Shown: positions 1-9,609 of the stretch, piece after piece | Position numbering within the stretch: position 1 is the stretch's first letter | How the letters are laid out: each line of letters begins with the position of its first letter | Source of the DNA: a virus | Lineage: Duplodnaviria; Caudoviricetes | Strand: one strand, 5' to 3' | Virus record (IMG/VR): IMGVR_UViG_3300025087_000034 | DNA length: 64,000 nucleotides | Notes under the pieces: model-generated | The model's database searches: none | What the model saw: the letters and a program-made list of their open reading frames with translations, nothing else | What the model was told of the DNA's origin: nothing | Program-made: the position numbers and the translations under genes

Positions 1-150
1 AGTGTGGAAATAATGTGTGGGCCTTTGGCAGGAAACCGTGGTGTAGTTGAGGCTATAAATGGTAATAGAATAACCATAAAGACCAAGTTATTTGGTCGTG
101 AGGTTTTGCATATATTATCCGCGGATGATATTGATATTACAGGGAAATAA
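1..150 (+). CDS. NusG-family transcription elongation/antitermination factor, C-terminal KOW domain (5' truncated by window edge)
   Basis: Manual translation of frame 1: SVEIMCGPLAGNRGVVEAINGNRITIKTKLFGREVLHILSADDIDITGK*. Matches the bacterial NusG CTD pattern V-x-I-xx-GP-x-A-xxx-GVVE...R-x-x-x-x-x-x-(I/L)FGR. Not in the ORF track. Confidence 0.7.
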   Translation, partial: SVEIMCGPLAGNRGVVEAINGNRITIKTKLFGREVLHILSADDIDITGK

Positions 151-155
151 AAATT

Positions 156-923
156 TTGGGCGCACCAAGAAAAAATAAAAAAGGAGAAGTTATAGACTCC
201 ATTTCTGGTGAAGAAAAATTAGGTAGGGACCTAATAGCAGAATTAGCAGAAAAAGAATGGGCTGTTGCACCAGTTCCTACCGAAGAGGAACTGAAACAAG
301 AAAAACCAAAAAGTAAAATGACCAGAACTAATGTCAACAGCCGCAAGAATCTAATGCAGTATAGAAAAAACAAACCAAAAGAAGCAAAAGAAAAAATATT
401 AGAGAATTTACCATTAAAAGAAAAAAGAGAAGTAGTAAATCCATTTGACTATATAAAACTTCCTGATAGTTTTGATAAAGAATATTTTAAAGCTTTCCTA
501 CCCCAACGAAATGTACTTTTTTCTGCTGAAGAAGAAAAGAATTTTTATAGAATACTAAATGCGTTTTTATTAGACTTTGATATAACTGAATTATCTGCTT
601 CTGACCTTGAAGACGTAGTTAGTCTTGCTGTAAATAGGGTGCTAGAATCTAGACTTTTGGAAGCTTCTGTGAAAAACCCTACTTTATTGTTAGATATTTC
701 AAGTACCATAGAGCGCTTTAGAAAACACTCAGAAAAAGTTAAGAGTAATCTTGTATCTAGACGTTCGGACAGAATAGATGTTAAAAATAAACAGTCCTTT
801 AGTATTGTAGATATTGTGAATGAGTATGATGAGAAGAAGAAAGCAGAGTTTGAAGAACGTGTAAAGAAGATGGAAGATGAAGAAAGGTCTTTTTGGGAAG
901 AAAGAAAGAATAAGGAATTATAG
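156..923 (+). CDS. Putative terminase small subunit
   Basis: 255 aa, charged and helical; first gene upstream of TerL apart from an inserted nuclease. Assignment is positional only. TTG start. Confidence 0.45.
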   Translation: MGAPRKNKKGEVIDSISGEEKLGRDLIAELAEKEWAVAPVPTEEELKQEKPKSKMTRTNVNSRKNLMQYRKNKPKEAKEKILENLPLKEKREVVNPFDYIKLPDSFDKEYFKAFLPQRNVLFSAEEEKNFYRILNAFLLDFDITELSASDLEDVVSLAVNRVLESRLLEASVKNPTLLLDISSTIERFRKHSEKVKSNLVSRRSDRIDVKNKQSFSIVDIVNEYDEKKKAEFEERVKKMEDEERSFWEERKNKEL

Positions 924-925
924 CC

Positions 926-2212
926 ATGTGCGAAGACTGTACTAAGTGTCAGGTTGGTAGCCATAATAAGGTTAGTGTGGCGGTTAGGTGCATATATACA
1001 GGAAGGGTACCTACGTTGTTTGAGTACAGTGCCCAGCTTAGTGATGAATGGTACCAAGAGAGAAATGGTGATTTAACTCCCAAAGATGTTACCATGGGTA
1101 GTACTCGTGTTGTTTGGTGGAAACATACGGCAAGAGGCGGGGTGGAACATGTTTGGCAGGCAGCCATATATAGCAGGGTTACTAATGGGTGCCCATATTG
1201 TGGTAATCGTAAGGTCGGGTATGGCAATGATTTAAAAACTGTTAATCCTTTATTGGCAGAAGAGTGGCACCCTACAAAGAATGAAGAGGGACCAGAGAGG
1301 GTTCTTCCTGGCTCGCATAAGAAGGTTTGGTGGTCCCACGTAGCTAAAGACGGGTGCCTACATGAGTGGGAGGCTGCTATTTATAGTAGGGTTATCAGTG
1401 GGTGCCCTTATTGTAATTGTAAACTGGCTGGCTACGGCAATGACTTGGCTACCAAACACCCAGGGCTGGTAGAACAGTGGCACAAGACAAAAAATAGTAA
1501 GAAACCAGAAGAGTACTTGCCTAACTCTCATGTCTCGGTTTGGTGGCAACATACCACTATTGATGGCCAGGTACATGAGTGGGAGGCTATTATTGCTAAT
1601 AGGTCGGATAAAAATCAGAAGTGTCCCTATTGTTCTAGCCATCGTGTAGGATATGGCAATGATTTTAAATCTTGTCACCCAGACTTAGCTTTGGAGTGGC
1701 ACCCTATTAAGAACGAGTTTGGACCTGGGCACTATATGCCCCAATCTAATCAAAAGGTCTGGTGGCAACATTTAGCTAAAGACGGGTCTATGCATGAGTG
1801 GTTTGCCACTATTTCAGGTAGAGTGGGTCAAAAAGGCAGGTGTGGAAAGGGGTGCCCTTTTTGTCCAGATGGAAGTATATCTAAAATTTCAGGGCTTTGG
1901 TTAAATGGCTTAGGGGTACCAGATTGTTATAATAAAAACAGGGAAGTTGTTTTAGGTGTTGGGGGCTATACTTTTCGAGTAGATGGTTTTGATCCTTCAA
2001 CAAACACTGTTTACGAGTTTCTTGGAAACTACTGGCACGGTAATCCGTCTATGTTTAGTTCAGATGAACTAAATAAAACAGTGGGTAAGACTTTTGGCCA
2101 GCTTTATCAAGAAACCATGGAAAGAATTAAACTTTTAGAAGACGTAGGATATAAAGTAATTTATATTTGGGAAAAAGACTTTAATAAACTAGTCAAGGAT
2201 AATATGGTTTAA
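926..2212 (+). CDS. Repeat-array endonuclease (4 DUF4379-like zinc-ribbon repeats + C-terminal DUF559/Vsr-like PD-(D/E)xK nuclease); putative free-standing homing endonuclease
   Basis: Repeats GYGNDL..P.L..EWHP.KN...P......S..KVWW.H......HEW.A.I..R...CPYC; C-terminal RVDGFD...VYEFLGNYWHGNP...YIWEKDF. Stop overlaps TerL start (TAATG). Confidence 0.75.
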   Translation: MCEDCTKCQVGSHNKVSVAVRCIYTGRVPTLFEYSAQLSDEWYQERNGDLTPKDVTMGSTRVVWWKHTARGGVEHVWQAAIYSRVTNGCPYCGNRKVGYGNDLKTVNPLLAEEWHPTKNEEGPERVLPGSHKKVWWSHVAKDGCLHEWEAAIYSRVISGCPYCNCKLAGYGNDLATKHPGLVEQWHKTKNSKKPEEYLPNSHVSVWWQHTTIDGQVHEWEAIIANRSDKNQKCPYCSSHRVGYGNDFKSCHPDLALEWHPIKNEFGPGHYMPQSNQKVWWQHLAKDGSMHEWFATISGRVGQKGRCGKGCPFCPDGSISKISGLWLNGLGVPDCYNKNREVVLGVGGYTFRVDGFDPSTNTVYEFLGNYWHGNPSMFSSDELNKTVGKTFGQLYQETMERIKLLEDVGYKVIYIWEKDFNKLVKDNMV

Positions 2213-3912
2213 TGGCTAATTTATTATTACGAAGTGGCAAACTTTATGACAGGGCGATGGAGCTAGTTGAGTTTTATCGTTGCAATCCAGTCGTTGCAGC
2301 ACAAGACCTACTGTTTCAAGATTTCCCAGCTGCACAAAAGATTATGTTAAACCATATGTGGAGCAGAGTTAATGTTATAATAACAGCAGGACGAGGGTGT
2401 GGTAAATCTAGAACGCTTGCTGTTTTGTCAGCTTTATATGCGATGTTATATCCAGGACAAAAAATCCTAATAATTGCACCATCTTACAGACAATCGAAAC
2501 ATGTATTTCAGGAACTAAAACAAATCTATACAGAAAGCCCTGTGTTGAGGGAAGCCTGTGATAAGAAACCTATCGTAAGTTCTGATAGGTGCTATTTAGA
2601 TTTTCGTGGGACTAATAATAGGTCAGGTAGTACTGTTGAGGCCTACCCTCTGGGGGTTGGCGATAAGATTAGAGGATTGCGGGGCCATCTTATTGTAGAA
2701 GACGAAATTGTCCATATACCTGAAGAAATCCATAATACGGTCATTGCCCCTATGGGAGCTACTTTTTCGGACCCCATGGCCAATGTGCGGAGAATGGAGA
2801 AACTTAACCAACAACTGGACTATGGTGTAATAACACAAGAAGAGTTTCAAGAACAAAAAGAAGGCAAGTCCTCAAACAAGATAGTTGGTGTTACTTCTGC
2901 AGATTTTCAGTTCAATTATGTCTATAAAAGGATAAAGGCTTTTGAGGAGCAAATAGCTAAGGGTAGTAAAAAATATTCTACTTTGTATTTTTCTTATGCT
3001 GATATGCCTGAAGGGTTTTTAGACAAGGATAATATTGAAACTGCCAAAGCCACGATGAGTAGTAGTGAGTTTAATAGAGAATACCGAGGCATTTGGGAAT
3101 CAGATAGCGACGGACTTTTTAAGGCATCACTTATAGAGTCCTGTCGATCTCAATCAAAAGAGGTTCAACCGGAGGGATTACCTGGAAGGGAGTATATCAT
3201 GGGGGTTGATCCAGCGAGGTCATCGGCCGCTTTTGCAGTAGTGGTTATTGAAAAGGCCTATCCTACCTCACACGTGGTAGCAGCTTTTCAAGCAACTAAT
3301 AATACTTTCCCCCAAATGGCACAAATAGTATATAATTTTAGTGAGAAGTTTAATGTAGTAATGTTACAGATGGATGCTGGAGCGGGCGGTGGTGGTATGG
3401 CGATTAAGGATATATTGTCCAGTCCCCTATTCTTTAAGGGACATTTACTTCTTGATATTGATGACCCTACCCACAAGAACTTGGTGGGTAGGAGAATAAT
3501 AAGAATGCATGATCCAAAACCGGGTACTGTTGCAGAGATGAATTACGCAGCATTAAATCTCTTAGAACAGGGGAAATTAAGATTTCCAAAACGTCCGGTT
3601 GATGGTGATGAAAAGAAGGAAGTTCTATTTGATGATATTTCTATAATGATAAAGCAGATTATTTCAGTTGTACCTACAGAGACTAGAAGTGGGGGAGTAC
3701 ATTTCGATATACCAGCATCTGGTCAGGGTAATAGAAAGAAGGACTTATACTCTGCTTTTTTGTTAGCTGCTAAGGCACTTTATGATATAATAAATGTTAG
3801 AGAGACATCAGATGTTGCTAATTTAGGTATAATAAGACCAGTAGAAAGTAGATTAATAAGTGGTCCAGTAATAACAAATGTAAGTAATTTTTCTAATCAT
3901 AGGGGTAGGTGA
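2212..3912 (+). CDS. terL: Terminase large subunit
   Basis: Walker A AGRGCGKS, Walker B-like LIVEDE, RNase H-like nuclease motif MGVDPAR, C-terminal KKDLYSA; lies before the portal. Confidence 0.93.
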   Translation: MANLLLRSGKLYDRAMELVEFYRCNPVVAAQDLLFQDFPAAQKIMLNHMWSRVNVIITAGRGCGKSRTLAVLSALYAMLYPGQKILIIAPSYRQSKHVFQELKQIYTESPVLREACDKKPIVSSDRCYLDFRGTNNRSGSTVEAYPLGVGDKIRGLRGHLIVEDEIVHIPEEIHNTVIAPMGATFSDPMANVRRMEKLNQQLDYGVITQEEFQEQKEGKSSNKIVGVTSADFQFNYVYKRIKAFEEQIAKGSKKYSTLYFSYADMPEGFLDKDNIETAKATMSSSEFNREYRGIWESDSDGLFKASLIESCRSQSKEVQPEGLPGREYIMGVDPARSSAAFAVVVIEKAYPTSHVVAAFQATNNTFPQMAQIVYNFSEKFNVVMLQMDAGAGGGGMAIKDILSSPLFFKGHLLLDIDDPTHKNLVGRRIIRMHDPKPGTVAEMNYAALNLLEQGKLRFPKRPVDGDEKKEVLFDDISIMIKQIISVVPTETRSGGVHFDIPASGQGNRKKDLYSAFLLAAKALYDIINVRETSDVANLGIIRPVESRLISGPVITNVSNFSNHRGR

Positions 3913-3914
3913 AC

Positions 3915-3935
3915 TTTTTTGGCGCGCGAAAAAAA
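3915..3935. other. T-tract/CG-core/A-tract motif (intergenic copy)
   Basis: TTTTTTGGCGCGCGAAAAAAA between TerL and portal. Confidence 0.55.
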
Positions 3936-3962
3936 TTTAAACAATAAGGGTTTAGATATAAG

Positions 3963-5876
3963 ATGCCCGATAATCTAGATTCAAATTTCTTAAATAAATT
4001 AAACTCAAAATACACCAATGTAAAAGTCCATGACGTTGTAGAGAATGGTGATGGGTCTATCTCTATGGTATTAAGTGGTAATAAGGATAATCTATCTTTA
4101 ACTCTTAATAATGTAGGAAGACCTATAGATACTTTGGAAGATGTTGACATAAGTAAATTAAGAAGAGATAGAAAAAGAGGAAGGGAAGCAGCTTCTTCTT
4201 TAGTCACTAGAGATGTCTTAGGTGTAGATTATCTGGACCTATACACTACCCCTGGTATTTTAAGTGCTAGTCCGGCCGCTGTCTATGATCGTTCTACACT
4301 ATATTATAGAACAAAAGATGTTTACGGTTCCTCCATAGATTTACTTACCAATTTTGCTTCACGTGGATTTAAAAACTATATTGATGATATCGATATTCGT
4401 AATTTTTATAATAATTGGGTCATAGATACGGGCGTAGATGCTTTGGTTGAGCAGCTATTCTTTGAGATTTTTAGGTCCGGGTTAGTTAGAACCTATAAGA
4501 ATGTTGGTGCATATAAACCTAAGGTGAATCATGTCTCCACAATACCAGGGGCTGAGGTTCCGAAGGTTAGCGATGATGTTGCTTCCCTGACAAAGGCTAG
4601 GGTGGAAGCAAATGTTGCCAGATGTAAAAAAGACAGTGCAGCTAAGAAGATAAAGTGGTCTAAGGGATACTTACCCATAGATTATACTATATTAAATCCA
4701 TCCCATATAAGTATTGACCAACAGTCTTTGTTTGTTAAGCAAGAGTTAATAAGTATAAAGGGTAAGGCCTTCGAGGGATTAAAGAAGATGTTGGAAATCC
4801 CTCAGTCCTCATTGACTGAACACCAAAAGTTTATAATAAAAAATCTTCCTGCAGAGATAAAGCAGGCTGCCCAAGACGGCAAGGATTTGGAATTAGACCC
4901 TTACAGGGTTGGGGCTATTGACTATAGAAAACAGCCATATGAGGTTTATCCATTTCCCCGTGGTGCTCGTGCGTTTGAGAGCATGGAGTATAAGCAGGCT
5001 CTTAAGGAAGCGGACAGCAGCACACTAGATGGTATAACCAATTATATATTAGTTGTTACTGTAGGTGATAAAGATATCCCTGCTAATCAAACAGTACTAG
5101 AGTCTGTAGCTGATATGTTCAATACTACGTCAAAATCTTTCGACGTATTTTGGAATCACACTTTAAAGGTAGAAAGGCTGCAGCCCTCCGCTATTGGTGA
5201 CATACTTGGTCAGGATAAGTACAAACAGGTAAATGATGATATCACGGGGGCCTTTGGAATTATTCGGGCACTTATAGATGGAGGTGGGTCTCCTACACAA
5301 GCGGCTGCCGATTTAGCTGTTAAGTCTCTTATAGTAGAAATAGAGTATGTTAGGAAACTCGTGACACGATGGCTCTATGCTGAATATAGGGATGTTGCGG
5401 AGGCAATGGGGTTTGAGCGCTACCCTCAGGTTCAGTTTGATAATAACATACTTAAGAATGAGCTATTGTTCATGAACTTAGTACAGGGTATGATTGATAG
5501 AAGAATTATTTCCTATCGTACGGGCCATGACCTTCTTGGTCAGAACCATGAGACTATTTTGTCCGAGTTGGAGGCCGAGAAGCCTTTGGTTCTTGATGGT
5601 ACCTTGGGTGTTATTGGTTCTCCGTATAATGCTAGGGCGGTACCTTTGGCTGATAAGGTTCAGAAAACTCCAGAAGGAATACCTTCAGAGGGGCGCCCCC
5701 GCAATAAGCCAGCTAAGACTCCTGCGCCTGCCACTAACCCTAAAAAAGTTAAGGTGGATAAGGATACGGAGACAAGTGCTGGTATAGAGGTTCCTAATTT
5801 TATAAAAAATTTGAGCGCGGAAGAAAAAGATTTGTTCATAGAATTCATGTTAAAAAAACTAACTAGTAATAAATAG
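3963..5876 (+). CDS. Portal protein
   Basis: 637 aa directly after TerL and before the protease; helical, with a Pro/Lys-rich disordered C-terminus (GRPRNKPAKTP) typical of portals. Confidence 0.75.
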   Translation: MPDNLDSNFLNKLNSKYTNVKVHDVVENGDGSISMVLSGNKDNLSLTLNNVGRPIDTLEDVDISKLRRDRKRGREAASSLVTRDVLGVDYLDLYTTPGILSASPAAVYDRSTLYYRTKDVYGSSIDLLTNFASRGFKNYIDDIDIRNFYNNWVIDTGVDALVEQLFFEIFRSGLVRTYKNVGAYKPKVNHVSTIPGAEVPKVSDDVASLTKARVEANVARCKKDSAAKKIKWSKGYLPIDYTILNPSHISIDQQSLFVKQELISIKGKAFEGLKKMLEIPQSSLTEHQKFIIKNLPAEIKQAAQDGKDLELDPYRVGAIDYRKQPYEVYPFPRGARAFESMEYKQALKEADSSTLDGITNYILVVTVGDKDIPANQTVLESVADMFNTTSKSFDVFWNHTLKVERLQPSAIGDILGQDKYKQVNDDITGAFGIIRALIDGGGSPTQAAADLAVKSLIVEIEYVRKLVTRWLYAEYRDVAEAMGFERYPQVQFDNNILKNELLFMNLVQGMIDRRIISYRTGHDLLGQNHETILSELEAEKPLVLDGTLGVIGSPYNARAVPLADKVQKTPEGIPSEGRPRNKPAKTPAPATNPKKVKVDKDTETSAGIEVPNFIKNLSAEEKDLFIEFMLKKLTSNK

Positions 5877-5890
5877 GGAATATTAAAACC

Positions 5891-7528
5891 ATGCCAGAAA
5901 ATCTAATTCGTTTATATGCAGACTTACAAACAGCAGAACCAACAAAAGAAATGGCTGCTGCTCTTTCTATCCCCTCAATAGATAAAAGACAATTAGATCT
6001 TCAATATTTTACTGCTGTTTTTGTTTCTTCTGGTATGAATTTGAATAATGCTTATTTTCTTCCGTCTGAACTTATAAAGGCTCGTGAAACTATAGCTGAA
6101 AAACCACTAGACAAGGAGCATGTATTAACTGATATAGTTGGTCATTTGTATTCTAGCGCGTTTGCGTATAAAGATGGGTCTGTTTTTGATCCAGTGGCTA
6201 TGTTGGATGTTTTGGGCACTGAAATTGAGAAGATGCCCATGAACATTGTAATGGCTGCTCGTTTGTATAAGGCTGTATTTCCAGAACTAGCTGAGGAAAT
6301 CGCCTCTGGTCAGTGGAAAGTTTCTATGGAGTGCTTCTTTAAGGATTACGATCTTATTGTAAATAATATAATTATTCCTAGAACGGAGGTTGAGAGTGCT
6401 GGTTATTCAAAAGCCATAGGTAAGAGGGTTAAGGTTGTTGAGGGCAATAGAGAAGTAGGGGAACATGTTATTGGTAGGGTTCTAAGGGACATTATTTTCT
6501 GTGGTTGTGGTTTGGTTAAGAATCCCGCTAATCTTGAATCTGTAATTTTAGAGACGGCGGCAGAAAAAGAAACAGGACAAATGAATCCTAACATAATTTT
6601 AGATCTCACAAGGATAGATAGTTATATGAAAAACAAAAAGGAAGATGAACTATTGATTGTCAACAGACTTAAGTCGGATATGCCTTTTATAGAAGCTTCT
6701 TATGGTGGTGTGCATAATCATAAACAGGGGATATTTTTGGATGACACTGCCCTTGGTGGGGGTCATTACCATATGGTATACCCAGAGGATATGCCGAGAG
6801 GATCTAATTTTTATTTTATGGATGATGGGTCACATAGACATACTTTGGATGAGTCTAGTGTAGTTTCTATGGAAGAAGAGCATGCTCATGATGTATATTT
6901 TTCCATGGATAATACCGTGTTGGTATTAAGGACAGATGTTGTTACTCCTCATTCACATGAGGTTGCAGAGGTGCACGATGGTAAGATATATTTAACTCTT
7001 TCTGGAGGCCACAAACATAGAGTAACATTGCCAGATGGTACAAAAGTTTATACATTAACAGTAGAAGAAATGTTGGAAAAATTAAAAAAGGAACAAAAAG
7101 AAAAGTCAGCACAAAATATAATAAAACAAGATGCAGATGGGTTTGAACAATTAACACCCCCTGAGATATGTGTAAGTTTCAAACGCTATGTTTATGCTAT
7201 GGGTGGAGATGATCCTGGAGTTCCGGCTAATGCTGACCCTACTCCAGGTATGGTACCACAGGTAGAATCTCTTCCTATGCCTGCAGTTCCTGGAGCTGAA
7301 ATAACCCAAATGGATAAGATTGTAGCAGAAAATTGGTGTGCATTATTTGATATGCCCTGTCCAGTACCTGGTGGGCTGGCTACACATAGGGACTGTTTTA
7401 GGTGGGAATTACAAGAATCTTTGTCTGGTATAGTAAAAGAACGTATGAAGTTGGGGGCCAGTAAGATAGAACAATATTTTGGTTCCCTAATAGAAATTCT
7501 CAGGGAGGTCAAAAAGGAAAATAAATAA
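5891..7528 (+). CDS. Prohead (capsid maturation) protease with His-rich insertion
   Basis: N-terminal ~225 aa carry HK97-type protease motifs (PLDKEH..IVGH, KVSMEC, FCGCGLVKNPAN); followed by HxH repeats and a Cys-containing C-terminal segment. Confidence 0.75.
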   Translation: MPENLIRLYADLQTAEPTKEMAAALSIPSIDKRQLDLQYFTAVFVSSGMNLNNAYFLPSELIKARETIAEKPLDKEHVLTDIVGHLYSSAFAYKDGSVFDPVAMLDVLGTEIEKMPMNIVMAARLYKAVFPELAEEIASGQWKVSMECFFKDYDLIVNNIIIPRTEVESAGYSKAIGKRVKVVEGNREVGEHVIGRVLRDIIFCGCGLVKNPANLESVILETAAEKETGQMNPNIILDLTRIDSYMKNKKEDELLIVNRLKSDMPFIEASYGGVHNHKQGIFLDDTALGGGHYHMVYPEDMPRGSNFYFMDDGSHRHTLDESSVVSMEEEHAHDVYFSMDNTVLVLRTDVVTPHSHEVAEVHDGKIYLTLSGGHKHRVTLPDGTKVYTLTVEEMLEKLKKEQKEKSAQNIIKQDADGFEQLTPPEICVSFKRYVYAMGGDDPGVPANADPTPGMVPQVESLPMPAVPGAEITQMDKIVAENWCALFDMPCPVPGGLATHRDCFRWELQESLSGIVKERMKLGASKIEQYFGSLIEILREVKKENK

Positions 7529-7534
7529 AAGGGG

Positions 7535-7553
7535 ACCTCCCATAGTGGGAGGT
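7535..7553 (+). promoter_or_regulatory. Perfect hairpin sequestering the Shine-Dalgarno of the 7561 gene
   Basis: ACCTCCCA-TAG-TGGGAGGT: 8-bp stem whose 3' arm is the SD (GGGAGGT), 7 nt before ATG 7561. Confidence 0.6.
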
Positions 7554-7560
7554 ATGTATA

Positions 7561-8055
7561 ATGTCAAAAAGGGGTATAGACGGTTGTTTTAAGGGTATTA
7601 AGGAACAGGTAGATAGAGCAAGGAAGCATTTAATGGATTTAAAGGACCATGAAAACGCGGAGAAATGGACGAGGAAGTATATAAATGATTTACCCAACGC
7701 TGCTTTTGCTGTGGTAGAAAAAGGGTACTCAGATGGGGACAATAAGAGTTCTAGACATTTGCCTCATCATAATAGTGGTGTTAAGTCAGCGACAGAAAAC
7801 TCTTCAGTTGATATCTCGCACCTAAGAAATGCGTATGCTCGTGCAAATCAAATAAAGAGTGTTCTGGGAACAGAAAGCGATTCTGTTTTGAGGAAAAAAG
7901 CAGTGGCCCATTTGGAGAAACACAGGGCGGTGCTAAAAAAGGCAGAGTCAAATTTTAATGAATTCGAAAAGTGCTTATGGGAGAAATGTGAACAGGTGTA
8001 TAACAAGAATATCGCCCCTCTTCTTAATGAAGAACTGGAGGAGGAGAATAACTAA
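7561..8055 (+). CDS. Head morphogenesis-associated protein
   Basis: Motifs LP.AAFAVVE...RHLPHH...HLRNA.AR, recalled from phage head/protease-associated domains; lies between protease and scaffold. Confidence 0.5.
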   Translation: MSKRGIDGCFKGIKEQVDRARKHLMDLKDHENAEKWTRKYINDLPNAAFAVVEKGYSDGDNKSSRHLPHHNSGVKSATENSSVDISHLRNAYARANQIKSVLGTESDSVLRKKAVAHLEKHRAVLKKAESNFNEFEKCLWEKCEQVYNKNIAPLLNEELEEENN

Positions 8056-8360
8056 TGACGTATGAAGGCGTTCCCAATAAGAAAAGACGTCTATATATGG
8101 ACGAATCTGGGAACTCAGTTCCACTAGATTTAAAGGCAGAATCTTTGGGCCTTGGTTTTTTGCCCGGTTCTGGTATTTTGAATTCTGGTGGATGGCTCAC
8201 TGTTACGGGTACGCAGTTTAAGGTGGATTCTTTCATCTATGCTGCATACGAGGCGGCTGCTGCAGGCACTGTCCCGATGGCTATACAAAGGCTATCGGGT
8301 GCCGCTACTTTCTTTGGTGATGCCAGTACTGGGTTCTTCTATTTTGTTTTAGGTGCTTAG
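8055..8360 (+). CDS. Hypothetical protein (head module)
   Basis: 101-aa ORF coupled to the upstream gene by TAATG. Confidence 0.5.
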   Translation: MTYEGVPNKKRRLYMDESGNSVPLDLKAESLGLGFLPGSGILNSGGWLTVTGTQFKVDSFIYAAYEAAAAGTVPMAIQRLSGAATFFGDASTGFFYFVLGA

Positions 8361-8389
8361 TCTATATTAGACGTATTTAGGAGGTTAAT

Positions 8390-9094
8390 ATGGCCATTAA
8401 TGAGAAGTTAATGGGAGAACTCAAGGAGATGGTTATAGCCGTTCTTGGTGAATCAGCACTAGCCAGTTTTGAACAGAAACTGGGGGAAGTTACTGAGGAT
8501 GCTAAGAAAGCTATTTCTGATCTTGTAGAAAGGACTTCGGAATTGGAGGCTCTTTTGTCTGAGAAGAAGGTGGAATTAGAAGCCTTAGAGTTGGAGAAGT
8601 CTGGATTGGTAGGGTCCCTTGAGGCAAAGGTTGTTGAACTAGAGGCCGTTAAGGCTGATAGGGATGTTTTGGCTGGTAAAGTTGCTGCGGTGGAGGCTAG
8701 TTTAGAAGAGGTTCGTTTGGATGGTGTGGCTTCTGTTCGTATGGGTGAGTTAGCAGGTCTTGGTATTGTGCGTAAGTCTGAAGAGGCTGCAAAGGTTCAG
8801 TCTGCCAAGGTAAGAGTAATGTCAGACGAAGAGTTTGTTCTGTATCGGGACGAACTGGTTGTATTAAAGTCTGAGTTCTCTGCTCCTGTAAGTACTGAGA
8901 TGGCAAGCCTAGCTAGTGAGTACGGCAATGTCACCCCGCCGGCAGATGTTTCCGATGAAGCTGCCTTATCTGTTCTACCTAACCTTGCTGGTGGTGGACA
9001 GAGTAGAAAGCAGTTTTTAGAGGAAATAGAAAAAGATTTTGGTAACTTCTTAGCTTCTGGGCGTGGCTCTGAGGCTGAAGAAGGTAATAGTTAA
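8390..9094 (+). CDS. Putative capsid scaffolding protein
   Basis: Acidic coiled-coil heptads (ELEALLSEKKVELEALELEK); SD AGGAGG; lies just upstream of decoration and capsid genes. Confidence 0.6.
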   Translation: MAINEKLMGELKEMVIAVLGESALASFEQKLGEVTEDAKKAISDLVERTSELEALLSEKKVELEALELEKSGLVGSLEAKVVELEAVKADRDVLAGKVAAVEASLEEVRLDGVASVRMGELAGLGIVRKSEEAAKVQSAKVRVMSDEEFVLYRDELVVLKSEFSAPVSTEMASLASEYGNVTPPADVSDEAALSVLPNLAGGGQSRKQFLEEIEKDFGNFLASGRGSEAEEGNS

Positions 9095-9110
9095 TAGGAG
9101 GAAATAAACT

Positions 9111-9596
9111 ATGGTGTTACAATTAAGACATCCCGCTGAGGAAGTGCAGTTCCTAAAGTTCACTGCTTCCCCAACGGAGGATCGCCCGATTCCTGCTGGA
9201 CGAGTAGTTCGTCTTGTAGCGGATAGGGCAGTTGATACGATCGCTACTGCATCATCCGATGTAGCCTATGGCTGGTTAATGCAGGGTATAAAGGATGAGT
9301 ATTCCGATTTTCCGGAGGGGTTCCGCCTTCGTGGGGACCTGGGTTCTTCTTGGGCCTTCCCTGGAGATCCGGTAGGCGTTGCTTGTGGACCTGGGGCAGT
9401 GTATGAGACCGACCAGTATGTAGACGAAGCTGCTGATGGTATCGTCTTTGGTACCCTTCTTTATCCTGATAATGAAGGCTCCCTTTCCGATACCAATGCC
9501 GACACTGCTGGGTCTGCAGCCGCTGTCGCGATGAACACTCTTACCGCTGCTCAGTGTGCCGCTGGCGACATGCTGCTTATCAAAGCACTTGTTTAA
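9111..9596 (+). CDS. Putative capsid decoration/cement protein
   Basis: 161 aa between scaffold and major capsid protein; PAGRVV..V and GAVYETDQY pattern typical of small head decoration proteins. Confidence 0.55.
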   Translation: MVLQLRHPAEEVQFLKFTASPTEDRPIPAGRVVRLVADRAVDTIATASSDVAYGWLMQGIKDEYSDFPEGFRLRGDLGSSWAFPGDPVGVACGPGAVYETDQYVDEAADGIVFGTLLYPDNEGSLSDTNADTAGSAAAVAMNTLTAAQCAAGDMLLIKALV

Positions 9597-9609
9597 GGAG
9601 GTAATGACA

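Noticed and set aside
9556-9609. ORF-track upstream extensions (9556, 21194, 33798, 37062, 55647, 57689)
   Set aside because: These overlap upstream genes or lack SD sites; downstream ATGs have better SD spacing or match paralogue N-termini.
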